Shown here piece by piece: positions 19,721 through 28,970 of a stretch of DNA of 40,565 nucleotides. The notes beneath the pieces are model-generated. The model was not told the DNA's origin and searched no databases. It was given only the letters and a program-made list of their open reading frames with translations. Both the position numbers and the translations under genes were made by a program. This DNA is from Bacteroidota bacterium (lineage in GTDB: Bacteria > Bacteroidota > Bacteroidia > Bacteroidales > JAADGE01): assembly GCA_034659855.1 (NCBI GenBank), contig JAYEIA010000053.1, positions 1 to 40,565 on the forward strand, in the 5' to 3' direction. Every line of letters starts with the position of its first letter. Positions within the stretch are counted from its first letter, which is position 1.

Positions 19721-20070
19721 TTTTTCAATAAATCGCAGAGCGATGACCTATCGGTAGCCCCGTATGTAGCCGTAGGCGGAATGCGGGGTTAAATATGATT
19801 TTAAAATTTCTAAAATTCCGTAGGAATGATCTATGTTTTAGAGACCATCCCTACGGGATTTTTATATTTTGATATATCATAGAATCCCCGCATTCCATAC
19901 GGGGCTACCGATAGATCAAGCCTACGGCTTTTTTTTTCAATAAATCGCAGAGTGATGATCATTATGTAGGCACGGGTGGAAACCCGTGCAAATAAACGGT
20001 TTTATCATTTTTAAAATTCCTTAGGAGGGACCATATACAAAAACGCTCCAACCGAGCGTTTTTGTATTTT
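19721..20070. repeat. Structured intergenic element of two degenerate tandem units, each starting CAATAAATCGCAGAGYGATGA, containing long inverted repeats and hairpins
   Basis: The direct repeat caataaatcgcagag[c/t]gatga occurs at 19726-19746 and again at 19938-19958. The inverted repeat tatcggtagccccgtatg...gaatgcgggg (19749-19788) pairs with ccccgcattc/catacggggctaccgata (19886-19913). An inner hairpin ccgtaggaatg (19819-19829) pairs with catccctacgg (19846-19856). A further hairpin is cacgggt-ggaaa-acccgtg (19971-19988). The motif ttttaaaattcc recurs at 19808 and 20010. A terminator-like hairpin aaaacgctc-caacc-gagcgtttt lies at 20039-20062. Confidence 0.6.
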
Positions 20071-20206
20071 AGGAAGATCATTAACTCTTCAAAAATCGGA
20101 AATATTAAAATAAAGAACAAATAATCTCAGAGCCTTTATGGAATCTTTATCAAAAAGTTATCTAATCATTGAATTCAGAAATATTTTAACTTTAATACTA
20201 TTAGTT

Positions 20207-21334
20207 ATGAAAACAAATGCAATTTTCGGAATATTATTGGCTTTGGCTTTACTTATAAACCTCAGCACATATGCTCAAAAATCAGATGACAATGGATCTA
20301 AAATCCAAGTAGCCTTACTTTTGGATACCAGTAACAGTATGGACGGTTTGATAGATCAAGCTAAAACAGAACTGTGGAGTGTGGTCAATGAATTGGCAAC
20401 GACAACTTATAAAGGAAATCGCCCGGAACTGGAGATTGCTCTGTATGAATACGGGAACGACAATTTGGAAAGTGCCGACGGATACGTTCGTTTGGTAAGT
20501 CCACTGACTACAGACTTGGATGCAATTTCTGAGCAATTATTTTCACTTAAAACCAACGGAGGCTATGAATATTGCGGAACAGTCATTAGAGATGCCTCTG
20601 ATGAGCTCAAATGGAGTAAATCGGACAAAGACCTGAAAATGATTTTTATAGCCGGGAATGAAGAGTTTACTCAAGGCGCAGTAGATTATAAAACTTCTTG
20701 CAAAAATTCAATTGCCGAAGGGATAATTATTAATACTATATTTTGCGGCAATGCTACCGAGGGAATTAATACCATGTGGAAAGACGGAGCCGACTTGGCC
20801 GACGGAAAGTATATGAATATTAATCAAAATCAGCAAGTAAGCTATATTGAAACACCTTTTGATGATCAAATTTTAGGATTGAACACAAAATTAAATAAGA
20901 CTTATATTGGATACGGAAGTCAGGGCGAAGCTTTTGGTTCCAGACAATCAGTTCAAGATATAAATGCCGTAAAAATGAGTAAAAAGGCCTCTGTGGGGCG
21001 GGCAGTTTCTAAAAGCTCTTCAGCCTATCGTAACTCCAATTGGGATTTGGTTGATGCTGTAGAAGATGAATCCGTTGATATTGAAGAAATTAAAGAAGAA
21101 CAGTTGCCTGAAGAAATGAAGGGTATGGATAAAAAAGAAAGGAAAGCATATGTTGAAGGAAAAAAGGAGGAGAGAGAAAAAATTCAGAAACAAATTAATG
21201 CGCTTAATAAAAAGCGAGAAGCGTTTATAGCAAAGGAAAAGAAAAATAATGCTGAGGAGGGTACTCTGGGGTCAGCGTTAATAAAAGTGGTGAGAGAACA
21301 AGCTCAGGATAAAAATTATATTTTTGAAAAATAA
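20207..21334 (+). CDS. Secreted von Willebrand factor A (vWA) domain protein with a C-terminal charged coiled coil
   Basis: A signal peptide (MKTNAIFGILLALALLINLSTYAQ) is followed by a MIDAS motif (ALLLDTSNSMDG) and a Lys/Glu-rich C-terminus. The track ORF starts at 20138, but the ATG at 20207 gives the signal peptide. Confidence 0.7.
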   Translation: MKTNAIFGILLALALLINLSTYAQKSDDNGSKIQVALLLDTSNSMDGLIDQAKTELWSVVNELATTTYKGNRPELEIALYEYGNDNLESADGYVRLVSPLTTDLDAISEQLFSLKTNGGYEYCGTVIRDASDELKWSKSDKDLKMIFIAGNEEFTQGAVDYKTSCKNSIAEGIIINTIFCGNATEGINTMWKDGADLADGKYMNINQNQQVSYIETPFDDQILGLNTKLNKTYIGYGSQGEAFGSRQSVQDINAVKMSKKASVGRAVSKSSSAYRNSNWDLVDAVEDESVDIEEIKEEQLPEEMKGMDKKERKAYVEGKKEEREKIQKQINALNKKREAFIAKEKKNNAEEGTLGSALIKVVREQAQDKNYIFEK

Positions 21335-21645
21335 GGGCAGTAACTTAAATTCAGTACTATACAGCAGTAGCAAAGCGTGTGAGGGGGGAGGAATTAATAA
21401 CACGCTTCCCCTCAACATACAAAGAAAACCTCACTTTTAATAAACCAAATATGAGTTCAGTATAAAAAGTATAAAGTATTAATGTAAAACGTGTTATTTG
21501 CCTAATATTCAAACAGCTGTTAAAATATAGTAATTCTATATAATTTGTTGAATATCAAATAATTAACTTTACAAACTTTCAACTTTTAACCTTTTTAAAC
21601 TACACTCAAATATAAACAGCCGCTTTTCGGCAAAAAGTCAAAACC

Positions 21646-23883
21646 ATGAAAACTTTAAAAACACTATTCGTATTTGCCCTATTGTTTGGAGTTCTATTGC
21701 CCGGGTTTTCAGGAGGATTTATTATTGTGGCACCTCCGGGGTCTAATGGAATAAATTCAAACGCTTCATCGTATATGTTGGAAGTTAAAAATTTGAAAGT
21801 AGAAACTCAAATTGATGAGTTAATTGCCTTTACATCAATTGATCAAACATTTTATAACCCCGGTTCGCAACGGCTCGAAGGCTGGTTTTTATTTCCGGTT
21901 CCGGAAGATGCTGTTTTGAGTAATTTCAGTATGGAGATAAACGGAAAACAAACGCCGGCTGAACTACTGGATGCAGATAAAGCGAAGAAAATTTATGAAG
22001 ATATTGTCCGAAAAATGAAAGATCCGGCTTTATTGGAATATGCAAACCGCGGGTTATTCCGAGTGAGAATATTCCCTATAGAGCCGCATTCGGAGAAACG
22101 TATCAAAATTTTTTATCGTGAAATTTTGAAGAAAGACAACAACACCGTGTCATGGACTTTCCCTTTGAATACTGAAAAACATTCGGCGAAACCGCTCAAA
22201 AATTTAAGTTTTAAAATTGATATTAAATCAGCTCAAAATATTAATTCCATTTATTCGCCACACCATGTGGCAGAGGTCATTCGACAAAGTCCGAACAAAG
22301 CGGTTGTCGGGTATGAGGCCAAAGCCGTAAAGCCCGACAAAGATTTCAGGCTGTTCGTCAGCTACTCCGGAGAAGATGTCGGCATGGCAGTTATGTCTTA
22401 TCAAGAAGCCACGCCTTCTGAAGAAGACGGATTTTTTTTAATGAATATCAGCCCGGCATTTATTGATGATAAAGCAAAATTGAGTAGTAAAGATATAACT
22501 TTTGTACTCGATGTGTCGGGAAGTATGCGAGGAGATAAGATGCAGCAAGCTAAGGATGCTTTGGATTGGTGTGTGGATAATTTAAATAAGGGCGATCGCT
22601 TTGAGATTGTAAAATTCTCAACTGTAGCGTCCTCATTGTTTGGTAAACTGGAAACTGCCAATTCTTCAAACATAGCAGAAGCTAAGAAATTCATAAGCAA
22701 ACTCGCGGCCGTAGGAGGAACAAATATGGATGAAGCCTTTGAGATTGCTTCAAAAATAAAATCCGAGAACAATCGCCCGCATATGATTGTATTCATTACT
22801 GACGGAAAGCCAACAATTGGAGTGACAGATACAAAAAAGCTACTCAACAAAATTCCCGGCAACTCCAATTCGCAAACCAGAGTGTTTACTTTTGGTGTAG
22901 GCGACGATATAAACACCCACTTATTGGATAAAATAACAAATAAGACCGGAGCCTACAGAGCTTATATAGGTGAAGGAGAAGATATTACCAAACATATTGC
23001 TTCATTTTATGAAAAGGTCAGTTCCCCGGTTTTGACTGATATTGATATAAAAAGTTCAGCTATACGATTGACAGAAATTTTTCCGCGTAATTATCCTGAC
23101 TTGTTTAAAGGGGGATCGCTTACTATATTGGGAAGGTATCCCAAATCGGGAAAAACACAAATAACGCTGACGGGAAAGGTAAACGGAAAGACGAAAACGT
23201 ACAAATACAATATTGTCTTTTCCGGAAAACAACACAATGATTTTGTTCCGGTATTATGGGCCGGTCGCAAAATAGGTTTTCTTCTTGATAAGATAAGGTT
23301 AAGCGGCGAGGAAAAAGAACTTACAGATGAAGTAAAGTCTTTGGCTTTAAAGTACGGAATAATAACTCCTTATACGGGTTATCTGATTTTGGAAGATGAA
23401 GAAATTCAAATATCGCAGGGAAATATTCGTGAGGATGATATTATTTTCAGAAACCGGTTTGGAGCCAAAAGAAGTGCGGTAGAATTTATGCTAAAGAATA
23501 AAAAAGAATATGATGACATGGAGGAAGAAAGCGGCTTTGCAGGTATTCAGAAAAGCTCCGAAATACAGTCTCAAACCAATGCAGTTACGACTAAAGATGT
23601 ATACCGGGGAGCATCAAGAATGAAATACAGAGACAAGCACGGAGTGGTCAGGAACTTTGCCCATCAGTCGGTCAACGTGCAGGGTAGGGCTGTTTACAAT
23701 AATGGAGATAAATGGATAGATCAATATTCGGTACAATCTGATTTGAAACAAAAAGATATATTATTTGCGAGCAGTTCATATTTTAATCTGCTGAGTCAAG
23801 AACCTGAGGTAGCTGAGTTCCTGGCACTCGGGAAAAACATACGTTTTGTTTATAAACAGACACTATATAATATAACAGATTAG
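21646..23883 (+). CDS. Secreted VIT-domain + vWA-domain protein (inter-alpha-trypsin-inhibitor heavy-chain-like)
   Basis: 745 aa. A signal peptide is followed by an N-terminal VIT-like region (YMLEVKNLKVETQI...GWFLFPVPEDAVLSNFSMEINGK). Then comes a vWA domain with a MIDAS motif (ITFVLDVSGSMRGDKM...TDG). Confidence 0.75.
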   Translation: MKTLKTLFVFALLFGVLLPGFSGGFIIVAPPGSNGINSNASSYMLEVKNLKVETQIDELIAFTSIDQTFYNPGSQRLEGWFLFPVPEDAVLSNFSMEINGKQTPAELLDADKAKKIYEDIVRKMKDPALLEYANRGLFRVRIFPIEPHSEKRIKIFYREILKKDNNTVSWTFPLNTEKHSAKPLKNLSFKIDIKSAQNINSIYSPHHVAEVIRQSPNKAVVGYEAKAVKPDKDFRLFVSYSGEDVGMAVMSYQEATPSEEDGFFLMNISPAFIDDKAKLSSKDITFVLDVSGSMRGDKMQQAKDALDWCVDNLNKGDRFEIVKFSTVASSLFGKLETANSSNIAEAKKFISKLAAVGGTNMDEAFEIASKIKSENNRPHMIVFITDGKPTIGVTDTKKLLNKIPGNSNSQTRVFTFGVGDDINTHLLDKITNKTGAYRAYIGEGEDITKHIASFYEKVSSPVLTDIDIKSSAIRLTEIFPRNYPDLFKGGSLTILGRYPKSGKTQITLTGKVNGKTKTYKYNIVFSGKQHNDFVPVLWAGRKIGFLLDKIRLSGEEKELTDEVKSLALKYGIITPYTGYLILEDEEIQISQGNIREDDIIFRNRFGAKRSAVEFMLKNKKEYDDMEEESGFAGIQKSSEIQSQTNAVTTKDVYRGASRMKYRDKHGVVRNFAHQSVNVQGRAVYNNGDKWIDQYSVQSDLKQKDILFASSSYFNLLSQEPEVAEFLALGKNIRFVYKQTLYNITD

Positions 23884-23912
23884 TTTTGATAATAATTTCA
23901 AAACGAGTTTGG

Positions 23913-23944
23913 AAGGCTGTCCCTCGGGGCAGTCTTTTTTATTT
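23913..23944 (+). terminator. Probable rho-independent terminator after the VIT-vWA gene
   Basis: An imperfect GC-rich hairpin ggctgtccc-tcg-gggcagtc is followed by ttttttatttt. Confidence 0.5.
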
Positions 23945-25033
23945 TGCCAAATACCTAATCAACAACAAAGCCCGGTTGGTGCGTCATGAGTAATTCAATT
24001 CATGAAATTTGGTACCACTTTGTATAAAGTCACTATACAGAAAAATAGGAGGTAAGTCAGACTGTTGCATTGAACAGCGTAGCTTTTTGTCAGACATTTA
24101 TCAGGATGAATAGTGTTTGTAAGCAGGTGGCAGGTATTAATTTTGCATTAAAGTGATTGTAATTGAACTAAATTCTCTATGATAAAACAGGCTGTTAGCA
24201 AAGCTCAAGGAACACAGTCTTCCGGAAATTTTATTGCAAACAATAAAAGATAAAACAGAAGCATAGTTTTTCTTACTGCGGGCATAAACTTAAAATGCGT
24301 TACATAATACTACGTTCTTATCATACACACAGGAGTTGTATATAGGGGGAACTGATGCTGTTTGTATATCCCAAGAGAGCTTGCTCAGAGCTTAAAAGAT
24401 TGTGAGCAGGATTAGCAAACAAAATATAAATTTCAGGAATGAGAATTAAGCAACCTACATGGCGTGCAATAATATATTGTAATTACAATAAGCGATAACA
24501 CGCAATATATTGGTTCAGATATTCTTTGATAATCTACGCTCTCTAAGCGCTATTAGCCGGTTATTTTGGTTCCCTAATACAGGGCTAAGGAGGTTTCAAT
24601 TTGACCTTTTTACAAAACAAATCATATTAAATAAGCAGAAAACGAAAAAATAATTAAATTTATTTTCTCCAATAGCCTAAGTTATGGAAATACATATTGA
24701 TATTTACAAAATACCTTGATATTTAGAGCTTTTAATAATTAAAAGTGTTTAATTTTTGAACAGATTTTCTATATAGCTGATATTCAATGTATAAGATTGT
24801 TGGTATATTGTTGAAAAAGGAGTATTAAAACGTTTGGTATGAAATACAATTGTTTTTATATTGCAAATTATTAGAATAAATCAGCTCATTGACGTTCATA
24901 TAGAATTAATATAAGTAAAAAGTATTTTTTGTAAAACAAACTTTAAAAAAGTTTTGGTATTCTGAAATTAGTTTTTACTTTTGTCATGAACAGAATGATA
25001 ACGAGCAATGTGTACTCTGTATAATACAATTCA

Positions 25034-26218
25034 ATGGAATTATTGTTTGAGCAATTTGTCTATAAGCTCAGAAGTATTGACTATAGGCATAAACGCTTTC
25101 TGTACGATGTCATTGATTGGAACCGCAACCCGGTTGTTATAAAAGGAGCACATTTTGTCGGAAAATCAAACCTGGCTTTACAATTTGTTAAGCAAAATTA
25201 TAAAATTAATACTCAAGTTCTTTATGTAGCAGCCGATCATATTTACTTTTCTCAAAACAGTTTAGGGGGTTTTGCAGAAAATTTTGCCAAACAAGGGGGA
25301 AAACATTTATTTATTGATGATATCCACAAGTATGACGGCTGGCATGAAGAAATTGAGCAAGTTCTTAGAAATTACGGGAATTTAAAGTTAGTTTTGATAG
25401 GCTCTTCAGTAGAGGACTATGAAAAAAACAGTTATATTAAAGAAAAATCGGCAATCTATGAGTTGCCCATTTTGTCTTTAAGAGAGTATATTCATTTTTC
25501 ATCAGGAGTCGATATTCCAAAAGTAAGTTTTGGGGATATTCTGAAGAACCATGTTGAAATAAGCTTAGAGATTACACAAAAGGTTGATCCCACAGCATAT
25601 ATGGATTCATACATGCGATACGGCGGTTATCCGTCTTTTACAAAAGACAGTAGTGGTTTGCTTACCCAATTGGCTGAAAAGTTTAATCGATTTATAGAAT
25701 CCGATTTAACTCAAGTGGGTGGGGTAGATTTTCAAAATTTGAAGAAAATTAAGCAGTTGATTCTGTTTTTAGCTACAGATCATTCCGATAAATTAAATAT
25801 TACTGATCTCAGTAAGTTGGTAAATGCCACCAGAGGAACCGTTCTGCAATATTTGGAACTTTTGCGCAAAGGTCGGATAATAAGTTTGTATAAGGAGAGA
25901 GGTAAGGAATCCGGTGTGATGACGAAGGCTGATAGTGTATTTATTAATAATACCAATCTGTTATATACATTTTCTGCCCAATTTAAAAAATGTTTAATAC
26001 AAAAGACATTTTTTCAACATCAACTTTCTGTATCTCAGGAGGTTTATTATTCTCAACAAGCTGATTTTGAGGTTTCCGGCATACTATTTGATATTTTGTG
26101 TAAAGAAAGTTTTTATCAAAAGAAATTTAATGAGCAATCAAAAATATACGCAGTGGATTCTATAGAAATAGGGGTTGAAAACTCTATACCACTGTGGTTA
26201 TTCGGATTTATGTACTAA
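25034..26218 (+). CDS. AAA+ family ATPase of the COG1373 / DUF4143 type
   Basis: 394 aa. Walker A is GAHFVGKS and the Walker B-like motif is HLFIDDIH. The C-terminal region resembles the DUF4143 of orphan archaeal/bacterial ATPases. Confidence 0.6.
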   Translation: MELLFEQFVYKLRSIDYRHKRFLYDVIDWNRNPVVIKGAHFVGKSNLALQFVKQNYKINTQVLYVAADHIYFSQNSLGGFAENFAKQGGKHLFIDDIHKYDGWHEEIEQVLRNYGNLKLVLIGSSVEDYEKNSYIKEKSAIYELPILSLREYIHFSSGVDIPKVSFGDILKNHVEISLEITQKVDPTAYMDSYMRYGGYPSFTKDSSGLLTQLAEKFNRFIESDLTQVGGVDFQNLKKIKQLILFLATDHSDKLNITDLSKLVNATRGTVLQYLELLRKGRIISLYKERGKESGVMTKADSVFINNTNLLYTFSAQFKKCLIQKTFFQHQLSVSQEVYYSQQADFEVSGILFDILCKESFYQKKFNEQSKIYAVDSIEIGVENSIPLWLFGFMY

Positions 26219-26280
26219 TCTTCGTGATTCTTTCTCAGATTTTAGGGGTATTATATTGAGAATTGCATAATTTCGATACA

Positions 26281-26318
26281 AAGGAACCATCTCGCTCGAG
26301 ATCGGTTCCTTTTTTTTG
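26281..26318 (+). terminator. Strong rho-independent terminator after the ATPase gene
   Basis: aaggaaccatctcg...cgagatcggttcctt forms a stem of about 14 bp followed by tttttttt. Confidence 0.75.
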
Positions 26319-26490
26319 GCTTCTTAACAGACTTCCCGGTTAGCGGTAAACCTTTGTTTTTATGAGTAAACCATTCTAAATTACAGGTTTTGATAATGCA
26401 ATAAAAATTAAGAAAGATTTAAGAAATATGGCTTTTACAAACGGATACAAAATAAATTATGATAGCTGGGCGAAGTTATTTTTTGATACA

Positions 26491-26524
26491 AAAAAAACCG
26501 TAAAGCTTTTACTTTACGGTTTTT
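26491..26524. terminator. Bidirectional hairpin terminator serving the minus-strand DUF1573 gene
   Basis: An A-run precedes accgtaaag-ctttta-ctttacggt, which is followed by tttt. Read on the minus strand, it is a stem plus U-run immediately after the stop at 26540. Confidence 0.65.
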
Positions 26525-26539
26525 AAAAATTATTGTACT

Positions 26540-26962
26540 TTACTTAATTTCTGCTTCTACTTGGAATTTTATTTTTTTTGTGGTTATCACCCCGGGTTCT
26601 TTTTGTTCCGTAGTTACAACGATAGTTTCTTTAAGTTTTCCTTTGGCTGCTATTGTCGGATCAATTGTTGCAAGAATAATTCCTTGCTTTCCGGGCTTAA
26701 TCGTACTTTCAACAATAGTGACTCCGACTTTTTCAGGAATTTTGATGTCCATAATTTTTAAGTTTGTTTTTCCTTTATTTTCAATTGTAAATTGATAAGA
26801 AACAGCGTCACCGCTTACCGTTTTAAAATTGTGTACGGCAGCGTGTGAAAAACTTCTTGTTGTTCCAAACATAGGAGCTTCGGCCTGCTCTTCTTGAGCA
26901 AAGCTAAATACAGTTAATGCAAAAATTGCAAATGATAATGTAATCAGATTTTTGAGTTTCAT
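26540..26962 (-). CDS. DUF1573-domain secreted protein (Bacteroidetes)
   Basis: 140 aa. A signal peptide is followed by an Ig-like region with the pattern YQFTIENKGKTNLKI...EKVGVTIV, typical of DUF1573. Confidence 0.6.
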   Translation of the reverse strand: MKLKNLITLSFAIFALTVFSFAQEEQAEAPMFGTTRSFSHAAVHNFKTVSGDAVSYQFTIENKGKTNLKIMDIKIPEKVGVTIVESTIKPGKQGIILATIDPTIAAKGKLKETIVVTTEQKEPGVITTKKIKFQVEAEIK

Positions 26963-27248
26963 AATTCTAAGTTTTGAAATTTAATTAATAAACGAGTTTA
27001 GTGATTATTTTTCCCTGAGATGCGAAATATTTTAAATTCCATAATTTCTTGTTAAAGATAATCATTTTTTTTTATTTCGATGTAAAGAATTTACAACCTG
27101 TATTTTGGTTGCTTAGTATTATTGTGTATTTACGTGTATATCAAGTAACGACTATAGTTTACTCCATGTTGCTCATTAGTTTATTTAAATGGAAGAATAC
27201 CCGGAAATGAGTACGGCGGTCAAAATGACAGCTTTGTAAGAATAATTG

Positions 27249-28667
27249 TTAATACAATGGTTTGCCGGCATAAAAATCCAAGATTTTTTTTCGAAACAGT
27301 AAATCATATTTTGATTGCAATAAATCAGATTCGGAATTTGTAAGTTGAGTTTTTGCTTGGTTATATAAATAGCTGTCTATTAAGCCCAACTCAAATCTAT
27401 TTTCTGAATTTTTAAAGGCTTTACGATTTGCCAAAACCGCCTTTTGACTGCTTAAATATCGAGCTCCGGCCGATTTTTCTTTAGCCAAAGCCGTCTGTAT
27501 TTCTTTGTATAATTGATTTTCTGTTTGTTTTAGAGACAAATGCGTTTGTTCTGCATAAAGTTCTGCATTTTTGACCCGGGTCCTCACTCTAAATTGGTTA
27601 AAGATAGGAATACTAAGCCTAAAAGACAGACTTTGACTGCGATTATCTTTTAGCTGATCCATTGCAGGATAATTAACGGCATTGTATGTGGGCATTACAG
27701 AATATACAATGTCACCGTTACTTCCTACATATCCAATCGGAGCAGAAATACTATCCCCGTACTGATATAATTGTCGGGCATCAGAGAAGCCGGTGGCTAT
27801 ATTAAACGCAACATTAAATTGGGGGTAGTACCCGCTTCGGGCTATCGAAATATCTTTCCTTGCTGCAGACTCTCTGTATTTTGCAGCTTTTAATTCCGGT
27901 AGTCCTTTTGAGAGCTGAAACAGTTCGTCCGCCGTATATTCAAGATTTATTTCGGTACTGTCGGAGTCCGGTGCAATGACTGCAAATTTATCAGATGTTT
28001 TCAAATCCATTAGTTGCAGCAGTAATAATTTTGAATCTCTAAGATTATTTTCTGCAGTTACCACATTATAGCTTTCATTACTTGCTTGAGCTAAAATATC
28101 AGTTAGATCACTTTCTGCTGATCTCCCGGCTTCAACCATTTGTTTTACACGCACCGTTTGTTTTTTTGTGAGTGCTAATTGTTTTTTTGCAACAGCCAGT
28201 AATTCTTTGTTGAATAATATTTGCAAGTAGGCTGTGGCAATATTCAGGGCAATATCATTTTTTGTTTTTTCGGTATCTTGAAGGGAAGCCCTATAATTCA
28301 ATCTGCTTTTATGAATTGTATGGTGTTTTCTGAAACCCTCAAATAAAGCAAGAGAACTGTTGAGGTATAAGTTCGCAGATTTTGCATTGGTTTCACTAAA
28401 TTCGTTGGTGTAGGGGTCAACAGCCCTTCCAAAGCTGAGGTTGTAGTCGCTGCCCGCATTTACTGACGGGAGCAGATCATATTTTGATTGATTGTAATTA
28501 TTTTTTTGAATTTTTGTACTTATCATTTGCTGTTTTACAGTGATATTTTTTTGTACTGCATAATCGATACATTGTTTAAGTGTAACTACAGAGTCTTGAG
28601 AATATCCAAAAAATGACAGAAAGGTGAACAGAATAAAGAAGTATTTCATCGGAGCAAATTTGTGCAA
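27249..28667 (-). CDS. TolC-family outer membrane efflux protein
   Basis: 472 aa. It has a signal peptide and the two-repeat alpha/beta architecture, with the TolC-like N-terminus LKQCIDYAVQKN. An alternative start lies at 28649. Confidence 0.8.
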   Translation of the reverse strand: MHKFAPMKYFFILFTFLSFFGYSQDSVVTLKQCIDYAVQKNITVKQQMISTKIQKNNYNQSKYDLLPSVNAGSDYNLSFGRAVDPYTNEFSETNAKSANLYLNSSLALFEGFRKHHTIHKSRLNYRASLQDTEKTKNDIALNIATAYLQILFNKELLAVAKKQLALTKKQTVRVKQMVEAGRSAESDLTDILAQASNESYNVVTAENNLRDSKLLLLQLMDLKTSDKFAVIAPDSDSTEINLEYTADELFQLSKGLPELKAAKYRESAARKDISIARSGYYPQFNVAFNIATGFSDARQLYQYGDSISAPIGYVGSNGDIVYSVMPTYNAVNYPAMDQLKDNRSQSLSFRLSIPIFNQFRVRTRVKNAELYAEQTHLSLKQTENQLYKEIQTALAKEKSAGARYLSSQKAVLANRKAFKNSENRFELGLIDSYLYNQAKTQLTNSESDLLQSKYDLLFRKKILDFYAGKPLY

Positions 28668-28775
28668 ACTTATTTTGATTAAATATCAACTAAAGTAAGG
28701 AATATTTTTTTCGAATAAAATTTTTTTATAAATTTTGGATTACACTTAAAATAATTAAATTTGCAATTGAATAAA

Positions 28776-28850
28776 CGGGGTATGGCGCAGCCCGGTTAGC
28801 GCGCTACGTTCGGGACGTAGAGGCCGTGAGTTCGAATCTCACTACCCCGA
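28776..28850 (+). tRNA. tRNA-Pro (anticodon CGG)
   Basis: A 75-nt cloverleaf. The acceptor stem is CGGGGTA/TACCCCG, the D arm GCGC-AGCCCGGTTA-GCGC, and the anticodon stem CTACG/CGTAG with loop TTCGGGA (CGG). The T arm is GTGAG-TTCGAAT-CTCAC and the discriminator is A. It closely resembles bacterial proK. CCA is not encoded. Confidence 0.9.
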
Positions 28851-28970
28851 CTTTATTCTTCCCGCACTTATTCTTTAAGTGTATACTTTTCTTTGCAGTC
28901 AACCATAGGCCATATGTGTAATGTTTACAAAATTATTTTATAAAAAATTACATTCGATTACATTAGTCCT

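Noticed and set aside
20138-20206. An upstream ATG (MESLSKSYLIIEF...) for the first vWA gene.
   Set aside because: It would place a 23-aa non-hydrophobic peptide in front of an obvious signal peptide. The start at 20207 is favoured.
21335-21645. A possible terminator hairpin aagcgtgt...acacgctt (8-bp stem, 19-nt loop) after the first vWA gene.
   Set aside because: The loop is long and no T-run follows (cccctcaacatac). It is not a convincing intrinsic terminator. The 311-bp spacer may instead hold the second gene's promoter.
28851-28970. A search for a direct repeat of the tRNA-Pro 3' end, which would be an att site indicating an integrated island.
   Set aside because: No copy of the 3' 15-20 nt of the tRNA was seen elsewhere in the window, and no integrase is present. 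The island hypothesis is kept only as a low-interest note.
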